NCBI GenBank assembly: GCA_934102215.1
Contig: CAKOSH010000002.1
Location: forward strand, 87,380 to 151,379
From: an uncultured Bacilli bacterium
Lineage (GTDB): Bacteria > Bacillota_I > Bacilli_A > RF39 > UBA660
DNA length: 64,000 nt
Direction of reading: 5' to 3'
Each line of letters begins with the position of its first letter. Within the stretch, counting starts at the first letter, position 1. Both the position numbers and the translations under genes were made by a program. Shown piece after piece: positions 39,622 to 52,012 of the stretch. The notes beneath the pieces are model-generated. The model made no database searches, was not told where the DNA came from, and saw only the letters and a program-made list of their open reading frames with translations.

Positions 39622-40566
39622 ATGAAAATAATTCAATTTGAAAGTAATGTGAGAGACTATATATGGGGTGGAACAAAATTAAGAAATAAATATCATAAAA
39701 AATCAAAATGTAATGAAATAGCCGAATCATGGGAATTATCTGCTCATTTAGAATATCCTTCAATAATAACAAACGAAAATATTTCTTTTAATGAGTTGCT
39801 GAAAAGAAAAGATATTCATAGGTTGTTAGGATATAATTATTTAAAATACTCATCATTTCCATTATTAGTAAAATTAATAGATACTAAAGATAAATTATCT
39901 GTTCAAATTCATCCTACAAATGATTATGCTAAAAAGTATGAGAATGATAAAGGAAAAAGTGAACTTTGGTATATTTTAGAAGCAAAAAAAGATGCTGGTA
40001 TATATATTGGGTTAAAATCAAGATATTCTAAGTATGAAATAGAAAAACTTGTTAAAGATAATAAACTATTTGGTGAACTTAATTTTTTTCCTGTAAAGGC
40101 TGGTGATAGTTTTTATATTCCTGCTGGAACTATTCATGCTATTGGAAGTGGAATAACTTTAGTTGAAGTTCAACAAAACTCGAATATTACTTATAGATTA
40201 TATGATTATAATAGAATAGATAAGAATGGTAAAACTAGAGAATTGAACATAGATAAAGCGTTGGATGTATATGATGTTAAGTTTAATCAATTAAAATATA
40301 TAAAGAAAAATATTAATACTTTATCATTCGATAAAGCATTTAAAAATCATTACTTTAAAATAAAATTGTTGAAGATAAAAAACGAATACAATTTAAAAAC
40401 AAGTTATAAGTCGTTTAAGTTTGTAATTTGTTTAGGTGGAAGTTGCTTTGTAAAGACAGCTAAAAAAATAATTTTTTTAGAAAAAGGTGATTCTTGTATG
40501 ATTTTGGCAAATAGTAGATATAACTTATTTGTTGGTGAATGTAATTTAATGGTTATATATATATAA
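39622..40566 (+). CDS. manA: Mannose-6-phosphate isomerase, class I
   Basis: SVQIHPTND motif and cupin fold. 314 aa. Confidence 0.65.
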   Translation: MKIIQFESNVRDYIWGGTKLRNKYHKKSKCNEIAESWELSAHLEYPSIITNENISFNELLKRKDIHRLLGYNYLKYSSFPLLVKLIDTKDKLSVQIHPTNDYAKKYENDKGKSELWYILEAKKDAGIYIGLKSRYSKYEIEKLVKDNKLFGELNFFPVKAGDSFYIPAGTIHAIGSGITLVEVQQNSNITYRLYDYNRIDKNGKTRELNIDKALDVYDVKFNQLKYIKKNINTLSFDKAFKNHYFKIKLLKIKNEYNLKTSYKSFKFVICLGGSCFVKTAKKIIFLEKGDSCMILANSRYNLFVGECNLMVIYI

Positions 40567-40635
40567 AAACATTTAATAAAAATAAATATTTAATGATATT
40601 AAATTTGAAATAATAATATCTTTTTTTAAAATAAA

Positions 40636-40662
40636 TTAGCACTCATGTATTGACAATGCTAA
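40636..40662 (+). promoter_or_regulatory. CIRCE-like operator 1 (TTAGCACTC-N9-CAATGCTAA)
   Basis: 7/9 and 9/9 matches to the CIRCE half-sites. Overlaps the -35 of the hrcA promoter. Confidence 0.55.
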
Positions 40663-40677
40663 AAATAGTGATATAAT
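40650..40677 (+). promoter_or_regulatory. SigmaA promoter TTGACA-N16-TGaTATAAT for the hrcA operon
   Basis: TTGACA at 40650-40655 and an extended -10 TGATATAAT ending at 40677. Confidence 0.55.
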
Positions 40678-40681
40678 TAAT

Positions 40682-40708
40682 CTAGCACTGAAAGAAAAGG
40701 AGTGCTAA
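40682..40708 (+). promoter_or_regulatory. CIRCE operator 2 (CTAGCACTG-N9-GAGTGCTAA)
   Basis: Near-consensus CIRCE inverted repeat with a 9-nt spacer, immediately upstream of the hrcA SD and start. Confidence 0.7.
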
Positions 40709-40716
40709 GGAGGTAT

Positions 40717-41718
40717 ATGATGATAGGTAGTAGACAAAGAGATTTATTAAGGACAATAGTTGAAGAATATGTTAAAACAGCAAGACCTGTTGGTAGTAAA
40801 TCTTTATGTAAGAAATTTAAATGTTCAAGTGCTACTATACGTAATGATATGGCTGAACTTGAAAGTTTAGGTTATCTTGAAAAAACACATATATCTTCAG
40901 GAAGAATTCCATCTGAAATGGGTTATAGATATTATGTAGATAACTTGATGGAACCTAAAAAAATAAGTGGTGAAGATATGCTTAAACTTCAAACTATATT
41001 TAATAATCGTGATTTAGAACTTAATGATGCGATTAGTAAAAGTTTAGAAATAATAAGTGATATCACAAACTATACTTCAGTTGTTTTAGGTAAAGAATCA
41101 AGTGATAACAAATTATCTAAAGTAGAAGTAATTCCAGTTGGTGAAAGAGGCCTTGTAGCTATTGTAATCACTGATAAAGGTCATGTTGAAAATAAGAATT
41201 TATCTATTGATGAAAACATACCATTAAGTGAGGTTGCTAAGACTACAGAGTTATTAAATAAAATGCTTGTTGGAACACCTATTGATGATGTACCTAGTAA
41301 ACTAGAATTTGAAATAAAACCAATAATTAGAAATTATATTGAAAATTATGAAGTTTTATATAATGCATTTTATAATGCACTATCAAATTTCACTAGTGAA
41401 AGGGATGTCAAATTCAGTGGGAAAACTAATATATTAAAACAACCAGAATTCAGTACAGTTGATGATGTTAAAAATATCATAAGTAAATTTGAAAGCAAAG
41501 ATATGGTGAATAAAATTGAAGAGGCTAATGATGAGGTTAAGGTATATATTGGTAGTGAGAGTGAAATTGATGACAATGTAACAATAGTTAAAACTAAATA
41601 TAAGGCTAACAATGGAACTGAAGGAACTATTGCTGTTATAGGACCTAAAAGAATGGAATATGATAGAGTCGTAAATATGCTTGAATATTTAAAAGAACAT
41701 ATAGAGAGGAAGAAATGA
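40717..41718 (+). CDS. hrcA: Heat-inducible transcription repressor HrcA
   Basis: RQRDLLRTIVEEYVKTARPVGSK winged-helix N-terminus. Start at the ATG at 40717 after the AAGGAGG SD. Gene order hrcA-grpE-dnaK. Confidence 0.85.
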   Translation: MMIGSRQRDLLRTIVEEYVKTARPVGSKSLCKKFKCSSATIRNDMAELESLGYLEKTHISSGRIPSEMGYRYYVDNLMEPKKISGEDMLKLQTIFNNRDLELNDAISKSLEIISDITNYTSVVLGKESSDNKLSKVEVIPVGERGLVAIVITDKGHVENKNLSIDENIPLSEVAKTTELLNKMLVGTPIDDVPSKLEFEIKPIIRNYIENYEVLYNAFYNALSNFTSERDVKFSGKTNILKQPEFSTVDDVKNIISKFESKDMVNKIEEANDEVKVYIGSESEIDDNVTIVKTKYKANNGTEGTIAVIGPKRMEYDRVVNMLEYLKEHIERKK

Positions 41719-42347
41719 TGTCAAAAAAACATACAGAAGAAAAAGAAAATAATAATAAAATAAATGAAGAAACAAAAGAAGAAGTAAATGAACAAACTTC
41801 TAATGAAAGCACATGTGAATGTGAAACAAATGAAGATAGTTGTTGTTCAGGATCATGTGGCGGATGTTCTGGATGCGGAAGCATAGACCCTGAAACAATG
41901 ATTCAGATACTTGGAAGTAGAAATAAGGAACTTGAAGAAAAATATATGAGACTTCAAGCTGAATTCTTAAACTTTAAGACAAGAACTCAAAGTGAAATAA
42001 GTAAAATGCTTCAATATGAAGGAGAAGATTTCATTAAAGAAATACTTGTTCTTAAAGATAATTTTGAAAGAGCTATTTCTATGGATGATAATGATTTAAG
42101 TGATGAAGTAAGTAAATTCTTAAGTGGATTTAAAATGATACTTGGAAATTTAACTGCATTACTTGATAAATATGATGTACATGAAATTGAATGTCTAGGA
42201 CTTGAATTTGATCCTCATGTAGCTGAAGCAGTACTAACTGAACATGATGAAAATAAACCTGAAAATGTAGTACTTGAAGTTCTTACTAAAGGATATAAAT
42301 ACAAAGATAAAGTTATTAGACATGCGATGGTAAAAGTAAATAAATAA
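41715..42347 (+). CDS. grpE: Nucleotide exchange factor GrpE
   Basis: C-terminal GrpE fold with a coiled coil (EEKYMRLQAEFLNFKTR). Unusual Cys-rich N-terminal tail. Confidence 0.85.
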   Translation: MMSKKHTEEKENNNKINEETKEEVNEQTSNESTCECETNEDSCCSGSCGGCSGCGSIDPETMIQILGSRNKELEEKYMRLQAEFLNFKTRTQSEISKMLQYEGEDFIKEILVLKDNFERAISMDDNDLSDEVSKFLSGFKMILGNLTALLDKYDVHEIECLGLEFDPHVAEAVLTEHDENKPENVVLEVLTKGYKYKDKVIRHAMVKVNK

Positions 42348-42365
42348 ATTAAAAAGGAGAGATAA

Positions 42366-44207
<1,842 letters not shown>

Positions 44208-44277
44208 TTAATATGAGTTAGGGCTCAAGAAATTGGGCCCTTAATTCTTATATAATACTAAGTAATAAGGAGAAGTT

Positions 44278-46044
44278 ATGGATAAATACAAATGGGATTT
44301 AACTAAGATATTTAAAAGTGATAAAGAGTTTAATGATACTATAGAAGAAGTAAATCAATTATTAGATGAAATAATTAAGTATAAAGGAAGAATATTTGAA
44401 AGTACTGATACACTACTTGAATTTCTAAAACTTGATACAAAGATAGATATGCTTACTGAAAGAGTATATATTTATGCTTATTTAGGTCATTATGATAATA
44501 TGAGTGATAATGAATTCTTACATAAGAAAGAAAAAGCAAGTAATTTAATTAATAAAAGTTCTAGTGTAAGAGCATTCATAAATCCTGAAATATTAAGTAA
44601 AGATTATGATGAAGTAAAAGAAATGTTATCTTTAAATTCTGAACTTAGTAAATATAGTTTTACATTTGAAAAGATATTTAGAAGTAAAAAATATGTTTTA
44701 AGTGAAAAAGAAGAAACTATACTTTCTAATGTTAATGAAGCATTAAGAACTTCTATAGATGCATTTAATGCTCTTAATAATGTTGATATCTCACTTGGAT
44801 TTATTAAAGATGAAGATGGTAAAAGAGTAGAACTAACGAATTCCAATTATGGTAAATACATTACTTCTAATAATAGAAATGTTAGAAAAAATGCATTTAA
44901 AAAAGATAATAAATATTATGAAAATCATATAAATACATTAAGTGCTTTATATATAGGTAAAGTTAAAACTAATGCATTTTCTGCTAAAACTAGAAAATAT
45001 GATAGTATTTTGGATATGTACTTATATGATGATAAGATTAGTACTAAATTATATGAAAATTTAATTAAGATTACTAATAAGAATACTAAGTATTTAAAAG
45101 ATTATTATAGATTAAAAGGAAGTATGCTTGGATATAAATTACATATGTATGATTTATATGTTAACACGTCTTCTATGCCTAAAAAAGATATTTCATATGA
45201 AGAAGGAATTAAGATAGTTAATGAAGCACTTAAGCCACTTGGAGAAGAATACTTAAAAGTATTTAATAAACTTTTAAATAATAATTGTGTTTCAGTATAT
45301 CCAAGTAAGGCTAAAAGAAGTGGTGCTTTTGAATGGTGTACGTATGGTATAGAACCTTATGTATCATTAAATTATGAAAATGATATAGATTCAGTAAGTA
45401 CTCTTGCTCATGAGATGGGGCATGCTATGCATAGCTATTATAGTAATAAAAATCAAGATTACATTAATGCTGATTATCCTATCTTTTTAGCAGAAATCGC
45501 ATCAACTGTAAATGAAGTATTATTATCAAACTATTTAATTGATAATACAAATGATGTTAATGAAAAAATATATTATATTGTTGAATTTTTAGATAAGTTT
45601 AAAGGTACTGTTTATAGACAAATGATGTTTGCTGAATTTGAAGATATAATTCATAAGAAATATGAAAATGGAGAAGTAATCACTAAAGATTTATTATGTA
45701 AAACATATTATGATTTAAATCGTAAACAATTTAATGGCGCTGTTCTTGTTGATAAAGATATTCAATACGAATGGTCTAAAATACCTCATTTCTATACTTC
45801 ATTTTATGTTTATAAATATGCAACTGGATTTATAAGTGCTCTTCTTATTGCTGATAAATTAATTCATGATAAAGGTTTTAAAGATAAATATATAGAATTT
45901 TTAAGTAGTGGTTGTAGTGATTATCCACAAGAGTTATTAAATAAACTTGGTATTGATTTAAATGATGAGAATACTTTAAATAATGCTTTCTTATTATTTA
46001 ATGATAAAGTAAAATTACTAAATAAATATGTGAATGGAGAGTAG
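44278..46044 (+). CDS. pepF: Oligoendopeptidase F (M3B)
   Basis: HEMGHAMHS zinc motif. 588 aa. Confidence 0.85.
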   Translation: MDKYKWDLTKIFKSDKEFNDTIEEVNQLLDEIIKYKGRIFESTDTLLEFLKLDTKIDMLTERVYIYAYLGHYDNMSDNEFLHKKEKASNLINKSSSVRAFINPEILSKDYDEVKEMLSLNSELSKYSFTFEKIFRSKKYVLSEKEETILSNVNEALRTSIDAFNALNNVDISLGFIKDEDGKRVELTNSNYGKYITSNNRNVRKNAFKKDNKYYENHINTLSALYIGKVKTNAFSAKTRKYDSILDMYLYDDKISTKLYENLIKITNKNTKYLKDYYRLKGSMLGYKLHMYDLYVNTSSMPKKDISYEEGIKIVNEALKPLGEEYLKVFNKLLNNNCVSVYPSKAKRSGAFEWCTYGIEPYVSLNYENDIDSVSTLAHEMGHAMHSYYSNKNQDYINADYPIFLAEIASTVNEVLLSNYLIDNTNDVNEKIYYIVEFLDKFKGTVYRQMMFAEFEDIIHKKYENGEVITKDLLCKTYYDLNRKQFNGAVLVDKDIQYEWSKIPHFYTSFYVYKYATGFISALLIADKLIHDKGFKDKYIEFLSSGCSDYPQELLNKLGIDLNDENTLNNAFLLFNDKVKLLNKYVNGE

Positions 46045-46046
46045 TT

Positions 46047-47195
46047 ATGGAAAAAAGAGATTATTATGAAGTTCTTGGTGTATCTAAAGATGCAACTGAT
46101 GCTGAAATTAAGTCTGCTTTTAGAAAGAAAGCTAAAGAATTTCATCCAGATTTAAATAAGAGTCCTGATGCTCCTGAAAAGTTTAAAGAAGCTCAAGAAG
46201 CATATGCTTGTTTAAGCGATAAAGATAAACGTGCTGCCTACGATAAATATGGTCATGCTGCATTTGATAATCCTTATGGTGGAGCAGGCACAGGTGCTTC
46301 ATATGGTGGTAATCCATTTGGTGGTGCTGCTGGATTTGACTTTAGTGATATATTTGATGATTTATTTTCAGGTGGATTTGGTGGTTCATTCGGAAGTTCT
46401 TTTGGTGGAAGTAGTAGAAGCTCTTCTCGTGCTAGAAAAGGTAGTGATACCCTATATGGTATGAAGATTGACTTTATGGAAGCAGTCTATGGATGTAAAA
46501 AAGATATAGATCTTGAATACTATGAAACTTGTAGTGATTGTGATGGAAAAGGTGGACATGGAGAAGAAACATGTGAAGACTGTGGTGGACGAGGATATGT
46601 TATTAAACAAACTAATACTATCTTAGGAACAATACAATCAAAAACAACTTGTCCTACTTGTGGTGGAACAGGTAAATCATTTAAATCTAAATGTACTAGT
46701 TGTAAAGGAACAGGTAAAGTAAAAGTAAATAAAACTATTACAATAGATATACCAGCAGGTATTGATACTGGAGAACAATTAAGACTTAGTGGAAAAGGTG
46801 AAGCAGGTATAAATGGTGGTCCTAATGGAGACTTATATATTGAAATAAAAGTTACACCACATGAATTATATAGACGTGAAGGAAATGATGTTTATATAGA
46901 TTTACCTGTATCAATAACAGACTTATGTCTTGGATGTAAAAAAAGTATTAAGACAATGGATGGTACAGTTGAACTTAAAATAAAAGAAGGAAGTCAACCA
47001 GGAGATATACTTAGAATTAAAGGAAAAGGTATAAATAATCCAGATTCATGGAAAAAAGGAGACTTCTATTGTGTTCTTAAACTTATTATTCCAAGAAATC
47101 TAACTAGAAATCAAAAGAATATATTAAATGAACTAGATGATACAGATGTAAGTGATGAACCAGAATTTACTAAATTTAACAGATTGAATAAATAG
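46047..47195 (+). CDS. dnaJ: Chaperone DnaJ
   Basis: J-domain with HPD, a G/F-rich region and four CxxCxGxG zinc-finger repeats. Confidence 0.9.
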   Translation: MEKRDYYEVLGVSKDATDAEIKSAFRKKAKEFHPDLNKSPDAPEKFKEAQEAYACLSDKDKRAAYDKYGHAAFDNPYGGAGTGASYGGNPFGGAAGFDFSDIFDDLFSGGFGGSFGSSFGGSSRSSSRARKGSDTLYGMKIDFMEAVYGCKKDIDLEYYETCSDCDGKGGHGEETCEDCGGRGYVIKQTNTILGTIQSKTTCPTCGGTGKSFKSKCTSCKGTGKVKVNKTITIDIPAGIDTGEQLRLSGKGEAGINGGPNGDLYIEIKVTPHELYRREGNDVYIDLPVSITDLCLGCKKSIKTMDGTVELKIKEGSQPGDILRIKGKGINNPDSWKKGDFYCVLKLIIPRNLTRNQKNILNELDDTDVSDEPEFTKFNRLNK

Positions 47196-47200
47196 TAAAA

Positions 47201-47230
47201 CTAGAAAATATTAGAAATTTCTAGTTTTTT
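47201..47230 (+). terminator. Rho-independent terminator after dnaJ
   Basis: CTAGAAA...TTTCTAG inverted repeat followed by TTTTTTC. Confidence 0.5.
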
Positions 47231-47288
47231 CTTGTCTTTTGACTTTTTAAATGTTATATTAGAAGTCCTAGTTGAAAGAGGTGTATGG

Positions 47289-47783
47289 ATGAAAGACAAA
47301 ATATATTTAGATGAAAAGGGTTATCATGATTATTTAGCTGGAATAGAAGCATTAAAAGAACAACTTGCGACTATGAAGGCTGCTAGATTTGGATTAAAGA
47401 GTATTTATACTGATCCTGATTCATTAAGTGAAGCTTTAGAACAACATAAAAGAGAAGAAATTAGACTAAGTGAAAAAATTATTGCTAGAAAAAGTGATTT
47501 AAAAAGAATAGTTATTGTAGCAAGAGATTTAGGAAGTTCAGAAGTTATTGATATTAATGATACAGTTAATGTACTTTTAGATGGAGATGAAATGACATTT
47601 ACATTAGTAACAGGTACTCCTGATTTTGATGCTGAAATACCTAAAATAACAGTAGATAGTCCACTTGGTAAAGCAGTATATTTAAAAGAAGTGGGTTACG
47701 TTGGTTCTTATACAGTAGGAAATAGAACTAATAAAGTTGAAATAGTTTCAAAAGAAAAAGAAGTTAAACTTGAATTAAAGTAA
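47289..47783 (+). CDS. GreA/GreB-family transcription elongation factor-like protein
   Basis: N-terminal coiled-coil region and a C-terminal FKBP-like segment (ITVDSPLGKAVYLKEVGYVG). Start at the ATG at 47289 with an AAAGAGGTG RBS. Confidence 0.5.
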   Translation: MKDKIYLDEKGYHDYLAGIEALKEQLATMKAARFGLKSIYTDPDSLSEALEQHKREEIRLSEKIIARKSDLKRIVIVARDLGSSEVIDINDTVNVLLDGDEMTFTLVTGTPDFDAEIPKITVDSPLGKAVYLKEVGYVGSYTVGNRTNKVEIVSKEKEVKLELK

Positions 47784-47818
47784 TGATTTAATTGATTTAT
47801 TAATTGTGGGGAAATATA

Positions 47819-48334
47819 ATGGGAGAAAAATGTACTTTTATTGATTTTGATGGAGTTATACTTGATTCTGAAGAAAGAATGTTAGAAAGAAAATATGATT
47901 CTGGTTTTCATAATCATAAAGATGGTAGTGAATATGATAAGTATTTTGAATATACAAATATGTATCCAGAAGAATGGGATTATATAATAAGAGAAGCTAA
48001 TTCAATTAATGATTCAGTTGAAATAATTAGAGAATTAGAACATTTAAAAAGAAGAATTGCTATTCTAACAAAAATACATACTTTATATGAAATGAGAGTT
48101 AAGATAGAAGATTTAAGAAATAATAGAAAAATAAATAGTCCAGTTATTTTTGTTCCACCTAAAATTAATAAACATGAAGTAGTATTACCAAATGGACAAT
48201 TACTTATAGATGATTCTAAAAGGAATATATATGGATGGATAGAACATGGTGGTACTGGTCTTATATTTGATAAAGCATTATCTGAAGATACAGCTGATAA
48301 AGTTAAAAGTTTAGAATTTTTATTAAAAAAGTAG
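47819..48334 (+). CDS. HAD-like hydrolase (possibly a 5'(3')-deoxyribonucleotidase-type enzyme)
   Basis: FIDFDGVI (HAD motif I, DxDGV). 171 aa. Confidence 0.35.
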   Translation: MGEKCTFIDFDGVILDSEERMLERKYDSGFHNHKDGSEYDKYFEYTNMYPEEWDYIIREANSINDSVEIIRELEHLKRRIAILTKIHTLYEMRVKIEDLRNNRKINSPVIFVPPKINKHEVVLPNGQLLIDDSKRNIYGWIEHGGTGLIFDKALSEDTADKVKSLEFLLKK

Positions 48335-48372
48335 TTTAAATTTTATTCATGATTTATAGACAAAAAGGCGCT

Positions 48373-48405
48373 TATATGATATAATATGAGCGTTTTTTTA
48401 ATAAA
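48373..48405 (+). terminator. Rho-independent terminator-like hairpin
   Basis: GGCGCTTATA...TATGAGCG stem followed by TTTTTTTA. Confidence 0.4.
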
Positions 48406-48469
48406 ATTCATAAAAAAAGTAGTGTTTTTAAAATTTATTTCGTATATAACTATTAGGAGGACAAAAAAG

Positions 48470-50209
48470 ATGGCATTTATTGATAAATCTATTATTGATG
48501 AAATTAAATCTAAAAATGATATTGTAGATGTCATTGGAAGCTATATAAGTCTTAATGATAAGAATAAGGCTTTATGTCCTTTTCACGATGATCATAGTCC
48601 ATCATTTAGTGTTCAAAAAGATAAACAAATATATAAATGCTTTAGTTGTGGAGAAAGTGGTAATGTTATAACATTCGTTCAAAAATATAATGGTATAACA
48701 TTTACTGAAGCACTTAAGATGCTTGCTGATAGAGCAGGTATTCCACTCAACGTAAGTACAACACGTAAAGTAAATACTAAATATGAAAAATTGTATGAGA
48801 TAAATGATACAGTTAATAAATATTTTAAAGCAAATTTACTTTCAAATGAAGGTGTTAAAGCAATAAAATATCTAGAAGACAGAAATATATCTAAAGACAT
48901 TATTAATGAATTTAATATAGGACTTTCTACTAGTAACAAATTATCAAATATATTATCTAAGAAATACTCATATGATGAACTTGTTAAATTAGATATATGT
49001 AAAGATATAAATGGTAGATATTATGATACATTTCAAGATAGAATAATATTTCCAATAATAGATGAAAATAATAATGTAATAGCGTTTAGTGGTAGAAAGT
49101 ATACAAATGAAGACTTAAATAATAATACACTTCCTAAATATTCTAATACTAAAGAAACAGATATATTTAAGAAAAGTGAAGTATTTTATAATATAAATAA
49201 TGCTATAAATGAAATAAAAAAGAAAAGAGAAATAGTTATCACTGAAGGATTTATGGATACTATAAGAATGTCATCTATAGGTTATAAGAATGTAGTTGCG
49301 ATAATGGGTACAGCTTTCACTGAAAAACATCTTCTTAAAATAAAGAAATGGAAATGTAAAGTAATACTTAATTTAGATCAAGATGATGCTGGTGTTAAAG
49401 GTACAATAGAAGCAGGAGAAACATTACTTAAAAATAATATAGATACAGAAGTGATAGTATTTGATGATTATAAAGATAGTGATGAATTTATTAAAAATAA
49501 AGGAAGTGATTCATTTAAAATTGCTTATGATAATAGAGTATCTTTTATAGATTTTAAACTTAAATATCTAAAACGTAAAAGAAATATGAAAGATGCTGTA
49601 GAAAAAGCAAAATATATAAAAGAAGCAGTACTCGCATTAAATGATTTAGATAGTCAAATACTTATAGATTTAAAAATAAAAGATATCGCAGAGGAATTTG
49701 GTATAAGTGAAAGTGATATAAGAAATGAAATAAAACTTAATAAGAAAATGGCTATTAAAAATGTAGAAGAGCCTAAAAAAGTAACAAGATATAATAAGTA
49801 TGATAAAAGTGAACTTAGAATACTTTATCTAATGCTTAATTATGAAGATGTAATACTGTATTTTGAAAATACACTAGGTTACTTAATACAAGATGATAGA
49901 GCCTTACTTGCATATAAAATAATTGAATTTAGAAATGATTATGGTTATTATAACTATAGTGATTTTGTAGATTATATATCAGATAATGAAAAACTCATGA
50001 ATGTACTTAAAGAAGTAATGAAATATCATAATAATGAAGACTATACTATGGAAGAACTTGATGATTATATTAATACTATAAAAATGTATTCAATAAAGAA
50101 AAGAATAGATACATTAAAGATAGAAATGAGTGAAACATTTGATATAAATAAGAAAATAGAAATAGCAAAGAAAATAGAAAATATAAATAAGGAAGTGTTG
50201 AAATGGTAA
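48470..50209 (+). CDS. dnaG: DNA primase DnaG
   Basis: Zinc-binding [11 protein letters not shown]...CFSCG and a TOPRIM domain. Start at 48470 (MAFIDKS) with a TAGGAGG RBS. Confidence 0.85.
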   Translation: MAFIDKSIIDEIKSKNDIVDVIGSYISLNDKNKALCPFHDDHSPSFSVQKDKQIYKCFSCGESGNVITFVQKYNGITFTEALKMLADRAGIPLNVSTTRKVNTKYEKLYEINDTVNKYFKANLLSNEGVKAIKYLEDRNISKDIINEFNIGLSTSNKLSNILSKKYSYDELVKLDICKDINGRYYDTFQDRIIFPIIDENNNVIAFSGRKYTNEDLNNNTLPKYSNTKETDIFKKSEVFYNINNAINEIKKKREIVITEGFMDTIRMSSIGYKNVVAIMGTAFTEKHLLKIKKWKCKVILNLDQDDAGVKGTIEAGETLLKNNIDTEVIVFDDYKDSDEFIKNKGSDSFKIAYDNRVSFIDFKLKYLKRKRNMKDAVEKAKYIKEAVLALNDLDSQILIDLKIKDIAEEFGISESDIRNEIKLNKKMAIKNVEEPKKVTRYNKYDKSELRILYLMLNYEDVILYFENTLGYLIQDDRALLAYKIIEFRNDYGYYNYSDFVDYISDNEKLMNVLKEVMKYHNNEDYTMEELDDYINTIKMYSIKKRIDTLKIEMSETFDINKKIEIAKKIENINKEVLKW

Positions 50210-51294
50210 ACAATATTAAAACTTTTGAAGAAAGAGTAAAAGAATTAGTTGATGAAGGTAAGAAGCAAGGTTTTCTAACTTATGAACAAATCGCAAAGAA
50301 AACAATTGATTTAGACTTAGATGCGAATGCTTTAGATGAACTTTATAATGCTTTAAGTGAAAATCAAATTGAAGTAAAAGCAGAAGATGAAGAAGATGGT
50401 GGAAACATTGATTTAAAGAATGATATTATTATTGATGATGTTCCTGATGAAAGTAAGGATATGAGTGTTAATGATAATGTTAGAATGTACTTAAAAGAAA
50501 TAGGTAAAATAAGTTTGTTATCATTAGAAGAAGAACAAGAATTATCAAGAAGAGTTGCTGAAGGGGATGAACAAGCTAAAAATATACTTGCTGAATCTAA
50601 CCTTAGACTTGTTGTTTCAATTGCTAAAAGATATGTAGGACGTGGATTACTATTCTTGGATTTAATTCAAGAAGGTAACATTGGACTTATGAAAGCAGTT
50701 GAAAAGTTTGATTATGATAAAGGATATAAATTTAGTACTTATGCTACTTGGTGGATAAGACAAGCAATTACAAGAGCACTAGCAGATCAAGCAAGAACAA
50801 TAAGAGTTCCAGTTCATATGGTAGAAACAATAAATAAAATGGCTCGTATAGAAAGACAAATGACATTAGAACTTAACCGTGAACCAACAGATCAAGAACT
50901 TGCTAAAAAGATGGGACTTTCAGTAGATAAAATAGTTGAAATAAGAAAGATTAGTCAAGATCCAGTAAGTTTAGAAACACCTATAGGTGAAGAAGATGAT
51001 TCACATTTAGGAGACTTCCTTGCTGATGAAAGAACTATGTCTCCAGAAGAATTCGCAACATATGAAATACTTAAAGATGAATTAAGAGAAGTACTTGATA
51101 CACTTACTGTACGTGAAAAAGAAGTATTAGAACTTAGATTTGGTTTATTTGATGGATCTAGTCATACGTTAGAAGAAGTAGGTAAACAATTCAAAGTTAC
51201 AAGAGAAAGAATTAGACAAATAGAAGCAAAAGCTCTTAGAAAATTAAGACACCCATCAAGAGCTAAAAAACTAAAGGATTTCTTAATTGAATAG
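50203..51294 (+). CDS. sigA: RNA polymerase sigma factor SigA (RpoD)
   Basis: Regions 2-4 conserved ([31 protein letters not shown]). Follows dnaG. Confidence 0.9.
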   Translation: MVNNIKTFEERVKELVDEGKKQGFLTYEQIAKKTIDLDLDANALDELYNALSENQIEVKAEDEEDGGNIDLKNDIIIDDVPDESKDMSVNDNVRMYLKEIGKISLLSLEEEQELSRRVAEGDEQAKNILAESNLRLVVSIAKRYVGRGLLFLDLIQEGNIGLMKAVEKFDYDKGYKFSTYATWWIRQAITRALADQARTIRVPVHMVETINKMARIERQMTLELNREPTDQELAKKMGLSVDKIVEIRKISQDPVSLETPIGEEDDSHLGDFLADERTMSPEEFATYEILKDELREVLDTLTVREKEVLELRFGLFDGSSHTLEEVGKQFKVTRERIRQIEAKALRKLRHPSRAKKLKDFLIE

Positions 51295-51907
51295 AATAGA
51301 AACTATATATTCATTAATAGATAAAAATGATAAAGTAGTAGATGTAGGGTGTGATCAAGCAAAACTAGGTATAATGCTTGCTAAAACTAATATAAAATCT
51401 ATTGCTAGTGATATAAGTATTAATGTAATAAATAGAGCAAAAGAAGATATAAATAAACTAGGATTAAGTGAATATATAGATTTAAGAGTATCAAATGGAC
51501 TATCTAATATAAAGAATGGTGAAGCAGATACTTTAGTACTTTCAGGTATGGGAACACATACTATATTAGAAATACTAAATAATACAGATTTAAGATTTAA
51601 AAAAATAATAACTATATCTAATAATTATCATGATATATTAAGAACTAAAATGAATGATTTAAATTATAAAATAGATAAAGAAATTATCATAAAAGAAAAT
51701 AATAAATATTATAATTTAATAGAGTTTATTGAAGGAAATAATAATCTTACAAGAAAAGAAATATTACTTGGTAAAAATCATAAAGACACTTCTTTATATA
51801 ATGAATATTTAGATTATTTAAGAAACAAATATATCAATATAAAAAAACAATCACAAGATAAGAATGACAAAATAGATGAGATGTTAGAATATATAAATAA
51901 AGAATAG
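51287..51907 (+). CDS. trmK: tRNA (adenine22-N1)-methyltransferase TrmK (YqfN)
   Basis: [20 protein letters not shown] motif. Conserved dnaG-sigA-trmK order. Confidence 0.7.
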   Translation: MNRIETIYSLIDKNDKVVDVGCDQAKLGIMLAKTNIKSIASDISINVINRAKEDINKLGLSEYIDLRVSNGLSNIKNGEADTLVLSGMGTHTILEILNNTDLRFKKIITISNNYHDILRTKMNDLNYKIDKEIIIKENNKYYNLIEFIEGNNNLTRKEILLGKNHKDTSLYNEYLDYLRNKYINIKKQSQDKNDKIDEMLEYINKE

Positions 51908-51930
51908 ATACTAGAAATAGTGTCTTTTTT
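51907..51930 (+). terminator. Rho-independent terminator GATACTA-GAAA-TAGTGTC followed by TTTTTT
   Basis: Hairpin related to those at 13894 and 19364. Confidence 0.5.
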
Positions 51931-51954
51931 ACTAAGATAAAATGAAATAAATAT

Positions 51955-51987
51955 TTGATTGTATGAGAATAGTTTTTGTGCTATACT
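51955..51987 (+). promoter_or_regulatory. Putative sigmaA promoter TTGATT-N17-TGcTATACT
   Basis: -35-like TTGATT and an extended -10, 25 bp upstream of the start codon at 52013. Confidence 0.4.
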
Positions 51988-52012
51988 TTTTAGTATAAGG
52001 AAGGTAAGAGAT

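Noticed and set aside
46231-46464. Plus-strand 77-aa ORF inside dnaJ in another frame
   Set aside because: It is an alternate frame of the Gly/Phe-rich region of dnaJ. The translation is hydrophobic low-complexity.
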